A program made the translations under genes and the position numbers. A model generated the notes under the pieces. The model saw only the letters and a program-made list of their open reading frames with translations, was not told the origin of the DNA and did no database searches. 64,000 nucleotides of DNA, taken from assembly GCF_963921235.1 (NCBI RefSeq), contig NC_086097.1:25918001-25982000 (forward strand), given 5' to 3'. The first letter of the stretch is position 1. Each line of letters begins with the position of its first letter. The DNA is from Mobula hypostoma (lineage: Eukaryota). This document shows positions 40,301-49,300 of the stretch, in pieces.

Positions 40301-43300
40301 CTAACAAGGCATTTTTGCCCATAGAACTGACGCTCACAGGATGTTTTTGTTTTCCCTCACCATTCTCTGTAAACTCTAGAGACTGCAGTGCATGAAAATC
40401 CCAGGAGATCGGCAGTTTCTGAGATACTCAAACCACTCCATCTGCCACCAATCATTCCACAGTCAAAGTCATTTAGCTGACGTTTCTTCCCATTCTGATG
40501 TTTGGTCTAAACAACAACTAAACATCTTGACCATGTCTCCAACCTGATGGCATGAACATTGACTTCTCTAACTTCCGCTAAGGCCCCACCTCCCCCTCAT
40601 TTTTATGCACATTCTTTCTCTCACTCTCCTTTTTCTCCCTCTGTCCCTCTGAATATACCTCTTGCCCATCCTCTGGGTCCCCCCCCCCTTGTCTTTCTTC
40701 CCGGACATCCTGTCCCATGATCCTCTCGTATCCCCTTTTGCCTATCACCGGTCCAGCTCTTGGCTCTATCCCTCCCCCTCCTGTCTTCTCCTATCACTTT
40801 GGATCTCCCTCTCCCCCTCCAACTTTCAAATCCCTTACTCACTCTTCCTTCAGTTAGTCCTGACGAAGGGTCTCGGCCTGAAACGTCGACTGCAATTCTT
40901 CCTACAGATGCTGCTTGGTCTGCTGCGTTCACCAGCAACTTTGATGTGTGTTGCTTGAATTTCCAGCATCTGCAGAATTCCTGTTGTTTGACCATGTCTG
41001 TATGCTTTTATGCACTGAATTGCTGTCATGTGATTGGCTGATTAGATGTTTGCATCAACTAGTTGTACCTAACAAAGTAGCCACTGAATGTAGATACACC
41101 ACTAATCCCAAACAGAAATGAAAATCTGTAGTTGTTAGAGCAAACATAAATACTTGAATTCAATTTGTTTCCCCGACTCTCTCAGCACCATACCTCCCCT
41201 ACCTTTCCAAACTACCTCCTCTCTAAGATACCTCTATCCTCCTCTTGCTTCTCTCTCCTTTACCAACTCAATTTCATTTTTCTTCAGACCAATCATATTG
41301 CTCTCTATCCATTATTTATCACTTATGCACCCGATTTCCCACAATAGAAAAGCTTTTAAGACACAAAATAATCTGCAGATGCTGGGGTCAAAGCAACACT
41401 CACAACACGCTGGAGGAACTCAGCAGGTCAGGCAGCATCAGTGAAAACGTCGACCGATCTTTTCCACTGATGCTGCCCGACCTGCTGAGTTCCTCCAGTG
41501 TGTTGTGAGAAAAGCTTTTAAGAACTATCCTCTTTTTGTCCACATTTTGAATTGAGACCCTTCATCAGGACTAAAAAGGAAGGGGAAGTGGTCAGAATAA
41601 GAAAATCAACAAGGGGCCGACTGGACAGAACAACTGATCAAGCACGGCCACATCTACTGGCAGATCACAAGCATCACACCAAACGAAATCTGGAATTGCA
41701 TACATGGTGTGGAGGAGGAGAATGGACAGCAAAAGTAAGGGCTGCCTGATGATTCATGTTACAATGTGGACCATGAAGACTAGCAGATAGCCATAAGCAG
41801 CAGCAGCAACATCACATTGTCACATCTGCTCCTTGACCCATGAATGCAAGTTTTTAAAAGGTTAAAGATTAGAAACATAGAAACATAGAAAATAGGTGCA
41901 GGAGTAGGCCATTCGGCCCTTCGAGCCTGCACCGCCATTTATTATGATCATGGCTGATCATCCAACTCAGAACCCAGCCTTCCCTCCATACCCCCTGACC
42001 CCTGTAGCCACAAGGGCCATATCTAACTTCCTTTTAAACATAGCTAATGAACTGGCCTCAACAGTTTGCTGTGGCAGAGAATTCCACAGATTCACCACTC
42101 TGTGTGAAGAAGTTTTTCCTAACCTCGGTCCTAAAAGGCTTCCCCTCTATCCTCAAACTGTGACCCCTCGTTCTAGACCTCCCCAACATCGGGAACAATC
42201 TTCCCACATCTAGCCTGTCCAATCCCTTTAGGATCTTATACGTTTCAATCAGATCCCCCCTCAATCTTCTAAATTCCAATGAGTACAAGCCCAGTTCATC
42301 CAGTCTTTCTTCATATGAAAGACCTGCCATCCCAGGAATCAATCTGGTGAACCTTCTTTGTACTCCCTCTATGGCAAAGATGTCTTTCCTCAGATTAGGG
42401 GACCAAAACTGCACACAATACTCCAGGTGTGGTCTCACCAAGGCCTTGTACAACTGCAGTAGTACCTCCCTGCTCCTGTACTCGAATCCTCTCGCTATAA
42501 ATGCCAGCATACCGTTCGCCTTTTTCACCGCCTGCTGTACCTGCATGCCCACTTTCAATGACTGGTGTATAATGACACCCAGGTCTTGTTGCACCTCCCC
42601 TTTTCCTAATCGGCCACCATTCAGATAATAATCTGTTTTCCTATTTTTGCCACCAAAGTGGATAACTTCACATTTATCCACATTAAATTGCATCTGCCAT
42701 GAGTTTGCCCACTCACCCAACCTATCCAAGTCACCCTGCATCCTCTTAGCATCCTCCTCACTGCTAACACTGCCACCCAGCTTTGTGTCATCCGCAAACT
42801 TGGAGATGCTGCATTTAATTCCCTCATCCAAGTCATTAATATATATTGTAAACAACTGGGGTCCCAGCACTGAGCCTTGCGGTACCCCACTAGTCACCGC
42901 CTGCCATTCTGAAAAGGTCCCGTTTATTCCCACTCTTTGCTTCCTGTCTGCTAACCAATTCTCCACCCACACCAATACCTTACCCCCAATACCGTGTGCT
43001 TTAAGTTTGCACACTAATCTCCTGTGTGGGACCTTGTCAAAAGCCTTTTGAAAATCCAAATATACCACATCCACTGGTTCTCCCCTATCCACTCTACTAG
43101 TTACATCCTCAAAAAATTCTATGAGATTCGTCAGACATGATTTTCCTTTCACAAATCCATGCTGACTTTGTCCGATCATTTCACCGCTTTCCAAATGTGC
43201 TGTTATCACATCCTTGATAACTGACTCCAGCAGTTTCCCCACCACCGACGTTAGGCTAACCGGCCTATAATTCCCCGGTTTCTCGCTCCCTCCTTTTTTA

Positions 43301-46300
43301 AAAAGTGGGGTTACATTAGCCACCCTCCAATCCTCAGGAACTAGTCCAGAATCTAACGAGTTTTGAAAAATTATCACTAATGCATCCACTATTTCTTGGG
43401 CCACTTCCTTAAGCACTCTGGGATGCAGACCATCTGGCCCTGGGGATTTATCTGCCTTCAATCCCTTCAATTTACCTAACACCACTTCCCTACTAACATG
43501 TATTTCGCTCAGTTCCTCCATCTCACTGGACCCTCTGTCCCTTACTATTTCTGGAAGATTATTTATGTCCTCCTTAGTGAAGACAGAACCAAAGTAATTA
43601 TTCAATTGGTCTGCCATGTCCTTGCTCCCCATAATCAATTCACCTGTTTCTGTTTGCAGGGGACCTACATTTGTCTTTATCAGTCTTTTCCTTTTTACAT
43701 ATCTATAAAAGCTTTTACAGTCCGTTTTTATGTTCTCTGCCAGTTTTCTCTCATAATCTTTTTTCCCCTTCCTAATTAAGCCCTTTGTCCTCCTCTGCTG
43801 AACTCTGAATTTCTCCCAGTCCTCAGGTGAGCCACTTTCTCTGGCTAATTTGTATGCTACTTCTTTGGAATTGATACTATCCCTAATTTCTCTTGTCAGC
43901 CACGGGTGCACTACCTTCCTTGATTTATTCTTTTGCCAAACTGGGATGAACAATTGTTGTAGTTCATCCATGCAACCTTTAAATGCCTGCCATTGCATAT
44001 CCACCGTCAATCCTTTAAGTGTCATTTGCCAGTCTATCTTAGCTAATTCACGACTCATACCTTCAAAGTTACCCCTCTTTAAGTTCAGAACCTTTGTTTC
44101 TGAATTAACTACGTCACTCTCCATGTTAATGAAGAATTCCACCATATTATGGTCACTCTTACCCAAGGGGCCTCTCACGACAAGATCGCTAATTAACCCT
44201 TCCTCATTGCTCAAAACCCAGTCCAGAATAGCCTGCTCTCTAGTCGGTTCCTCGACATGTTGGTTCAAAAAACCATCCCGCATACATTCCAAGAAATCCT
44301 CTTCCTCAGCACCTTTACCAATTTGGTTCACCCAGTCTACATGTAGATTGAAGTCACCCATTATAACTGCTGTTCCTTTATTGCACACATTTCTAATTTC
44401 CTGTTTAATACCATCTCCGACCTCACTACTACTGTTAGGTGGCCTGTACACAACTCCCACCAGCGTCTTCTGCCCCTTAGTGTTACGCAGCTCTACCCAT
44501 ATCGATTCCACATCTTACTTTTATTTGCCACATATGCAACATACGATGAAATGCACTGCCTTTTTATTTTATTGCACTCACATGATGAAGGCATCACTGA
44601 AAACGTCCCTCTTTATTGCCCATCCCAAACTGCAGGTAAACTGAAGAGTTAAGATTCTGGGATTTTGGCAGATTTCCTTCCATGAATGTGTTTTTGGAAG
44701 GTTATGGTTCTTTTAGATGAGAAGCTATACTGAATCACAGTCTTCTGCATAATGATCGTCAGAAATCAATACAAATGTTCCTTTTTCTTCCAAGGAAGCT
44801 TGACTATATTCTTGAATCTTTTCCTGTCCACCTGGTAATCTCTTCCCATGACAAATCTTGGAATAATTCACATCATATTAAATCCATTTATGGAGTTTAA
44901 GGTCAGACATGTGAATGACATGGCCTGTCCAACAGAACCATCTAAGTATAACTAGGAACTCAACATTAAGAATGTTGGCCAAGGAGGAAACACTGTGGTA
45001 TCCTTCTATAGGTTTGAATAGCCTATCCTAAGAAATCCTAGTGTCAGGAGAACATAGGAGTGCAGGAATGACAAAGAAGATTCTGAAGGTGATTGACAAG
45101 GTGGGCTCTTTCTTAAAATGGGATTATCTGGAACCAGGGGATGTTGTGACAAAATAAGGAGTCACTCCTTTCCAACGGGCAAGAGAAGGAATCTGGAATT
45201 CTCTGCCCCAGAAAGCTATACGGAGGCAGAATTCTTGTACATATACTATTCAGGGAATAACAGACATTTTATTCCACGGAATAAAAGGACGTTGGAAAGT
45301 GAAGTTGAAGCCAATAACAGCATGAACAGCTTTTTCAAGGAGCAACTTAGTTTCTCTTGCTTCTTGTATTCTTTTATAAACTTCAGGTAAATAAACTTCT
45401 CTTTTCCCCTCCTCCACTCTCAAACTTCCCATTACCCACACCTACCTTACTTTGGTTTCATCACCCCATTCCCTATATTCCATGGATATCAGATTCCAGC
45501 TTGTTTAGCCTTTTTCCCCTTCCAACTATCACCACCCAGCTTCTCCCATCATTCCTATTTACCCCCCCACCTCCTCCGCTAGGATTTGCCTATCATCTGT
45601 CAGCTGATGCTTCCTCCACCACCCCCCCAGTTCCTTTTATTCTGGCTTCTGCCCCCTTTCTTTCCAGTCCTGATGAAGAGTCTTGAAGTATTTCCCACCA
45701 CATGCAGTCTGACCCAGAGTTCCTCTGGCATTCTGTATGTGTTGCAGCAGAATCAGAGCAGATATCTTCAAGAAAGGGGACACCTCCAGTTGCAGTTTCT
45801 GCTATCTGCCACAGGGAAAGTCTGCATAGCAGTCCTCCTCTAACCCCACCAGTGGCTAAAAGGTTGCTCCCTGAATCACAATACAAGTTCCAAAAAAAAG
45901 TCATGATCTTCACTATGTGAAAATTGCATTAACACCATAAAACATAGGAGCAGAATTAGACTATTCAGCCATCAAGTCTACTCTGCCATTTGATCACAGC
46001 CAATTTATTTTCCCTCTCAACATCATTCTCCTGCCTTCTCCCCATAACCTTTGACATCTTTACTAATCAAGAACCTATCAACCTCTGAGTTAAAGATACC
46101 CAATGACTTGGCCTCCACAGTCATCTGTGGCAATGAATTCTACAGATTTGCCACCCTCTGGCTAAAGAAATTCCTTCTCATTTCTGTGGACATCCTTCTA
46201 TTTTCAGGCCGTGCCCTCTGGTCTTATACTCTCCCACTATTTGAAGCATCTTTTCCATCTAGAACATTCAATATTCAGTAGGTTTCAATGAAATTCCCCT

Positions 46301-49300
46301 CATTCTACTAAACTCTGAATATTGGCCCAGAACCATTAAATGCTCCTCATATGTTAACCTGCTCATTCCCAGGATCATTCTTGTAAATGTCTTCCAGACC
46401 CTTCCTATTTCACCACATCCTTTCTTAGATATGGGGCCCAAAACTGCTCACAAAACTTCAAATGTGATCTTACCAATGCCATATAAAGTCACAGCATTAC
46501 ACTCTTTCAAGCGGCAAGGCTGATAAACTCCACCCACAAACTCCACCACTACATTATTATTTCCTGTCAGTCTCCTTACATACAGCCTAGCATCATTTTA
46601 TGGACATATAATCAATGTATACAAGCTATATTTATTGTGGGTTTTCTTATTATTGTGTTCTTTATTTTATTCTCCTTTATATTCGAGTACAGGAAATGAC
46701 ATTAAACAATCTCGAATCTTATATTCTAGTCCTAAATAAAACATAATGGCATATATATTCTAGTCCAAGAGAAACGCAGGTCATCAACAGCATATTTAGC
46801 CTCTTTGACCCAATAAAAAGTCTTTGACTTGACTAGTTGATCATCTTTAATCTTTATGCTGCACACGTTACACAATGGTATGCAATCTGATTTTAACCAA
46901 AGCATCATCTACAGACAAAACCTCAGTGCAGCCAGTGCTAGACACAGCACACCATTTCCACAAGGCTTCCCACTAGACCTGAGCTAATCAACCGGGTAAA
47001 TGAAAAACTGTTCAATTTAAGTTACCACCACCCAAGAACTGAGGGCAATTCAACCTCCCTCATTGAAATTCAGGTGAAAACAATGCTTGTACATCTTAAG
47101 TCCAAGTTAGAATTTGGTCTGTTCAGTGAATCATAGGACCAAATTAATCACAAGATTTTCTGCAGAGGTTGGAAACTGAATCCCTGGTTCAATGTAAAGA
47201 AACAACATTCAGAGTGGAATTAACAATGTCACATCTATTCAGAACACAGAGAGGCTCAATATAAATGGTAGAAGTGCACCCCTCCTAAATTACCCACCAG
47301 CTCACACCAGCAAACACCTTCTGCCCCATATGTGGTTAAATCTGTCCAAGTCTTCCAAAATGGGCATCAGGCACCTCAGAACCCACTGAAGCAAGTCATC
47401 TTCCATCTCAAGAGATTTCAGTAGTCATAATCTTGCTCCCCTGATGTACCCTCTGCCTCAACTGATAAAGGAAAGCATTAATAGTTGATCTGCTACCTGC
47501 GGATATACTGTACTCACCATCATCTTTTTACTTCCACATGACAAAATACCCTGTAAATTTGCAGCACATTCCTGTGCATTGCCACAACTCTGCACATGCA
47601 TTGCCTCACATTTTTCTGTCCAATTAACCAGACCATTTATATCTTTCTGAAGCTTTTCTCTTCATTATGAACCTCACAACTTTTATTCTATCCTCAATTT
47701 TTTTAATCATACGCCTACATTTGAGGTCCAATAATTAATATATTATTAAAAGCACAGAACCAAGTACTCAGGAACTGCTATGTATGCATATCCTGCACTT
47801 GTCCTTTGTGTTTTCAGTCCCCCACCAACCAACCTTACCCAATACTCAATGGTCTACTTTGATCAAAAACTTAATGCGCAAGGAACATCATATATATATT
47901 ATATACTACACACACACACACACACAATTATTTCAATTCATTTTGAGGTCACTATTTTGTTTAATATAGGAAATAAAAATATAAATGCTGTGCAGGATAG
48001 ATTTACTAAACTTATCTCCTAGTTAAAAGAGTTGTTTTGAGAAATCAAGATGTTCAGGCCACATTAACTGGAGTTCAGAAGAAAACTGAGACATCCTCTT
48101 TCAAACTTACAAGAAGTTTGAGGAGGATTGATCAAATAATCATCTCTGGTTATAGGTTCTGCAGAGTTGATACATTGCTTATTTTGAATTCAATCATTTA
48201 AGACTGAGAAGATTCTCATTTTCAAGCGGGGGTGGGAATATTTAGAATTACCCACCATGGAGTAAGGTGGATGACCAATCACCAAAAATATCTTCAGCTA
48301 AAATTAATTTTTGGAACAGCTGGAGGCACATGAACTTAAGACTGTGATTCAAGCATGGCAGGGTTTGAACTATGAGGCTTATTCCTGCTTTATTCATTAT
48401 ATTATTAGCAAAAATGACACAAAATAGAGATGGAAAGAAATGTAATTATAAATCAGGACTCTAACCTGGTATTATTCAGGAGCAGAAAAACACAAGACAG
48501 TGAAATGTTCAATGAGTGAAAGTGCAAGGTTCTCAACTAATTTGGACTCAAGAATTGAAATATCTTATGATGACAGGCTCCTTAATTGTGGAAGCACCAA
48601 GTGATTTGGCTGTCCATGTAAAGAAACATGGAGCCATTTCACAATTTATCTCAGTGGTATTGGAATTGAGTGCAGGAATTGTACATATATGGTTGGATCC
48701 CACCTGGAGGACTGGACTCATTTCCCTTGACCAAACTACAAAACAGAGTACATTTCTGGAACAACACACTAAACTGCCAGGTTAAATTTCAAGAACAGTC
48801 ACATAAATTTGCCTGGAATTTAGACTGTCAAGTAGTGGGCTAATTAAAGTATTTACAATAATCGAGAAATTCACTGGAGACATAGGAAAGGTATTTCACA
48901 TCCCAACCCCAATCAGCACAATTGCTTAATTTCCATCTTTTAACATCCCAACTGATTTTCTACCTGCATCAGGTTTCCCTATTGAAATTTTGTTATAAAC
49001 CCCAAATAAAATGGAAATAAACTAAGGGCATTATGCTTTGACATTCAATAGTATCATTTATTTATTTAGCTATACAGTAAAGATAATTTTATGGGGAGGA
49101 TATACAGAGACTCCTTACAGAAAGGGATTGGAATTGAGCTCCAGAATGGCACACTAACCACAATGCTACTGTGGTGCCCATGGATCCTGACTGATCCATG
49201 ATTTGCGATGAAATAAGGAATCACTTCAATGTTACAGAGTAGAAATCTGGAAACATATCAAAGACCATGAATATTGAACCAATTTAAAACTGAATTTTAT

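Larger units (their letters stand above)
40103..41090 (-). mobile_element. Second copy of the Tc1 derivative, carrying the nested Penelope insertion
   Basis: Reverse complement of 2765-3312 once 40539-40999 is removed; TA flanks. Confidence 0.8.

Noticed and set aside
42347..44644. Long plus-strand ORFs (93-264 aa)
   Set aside because: Antisense shadows of the CR1 ORF2.
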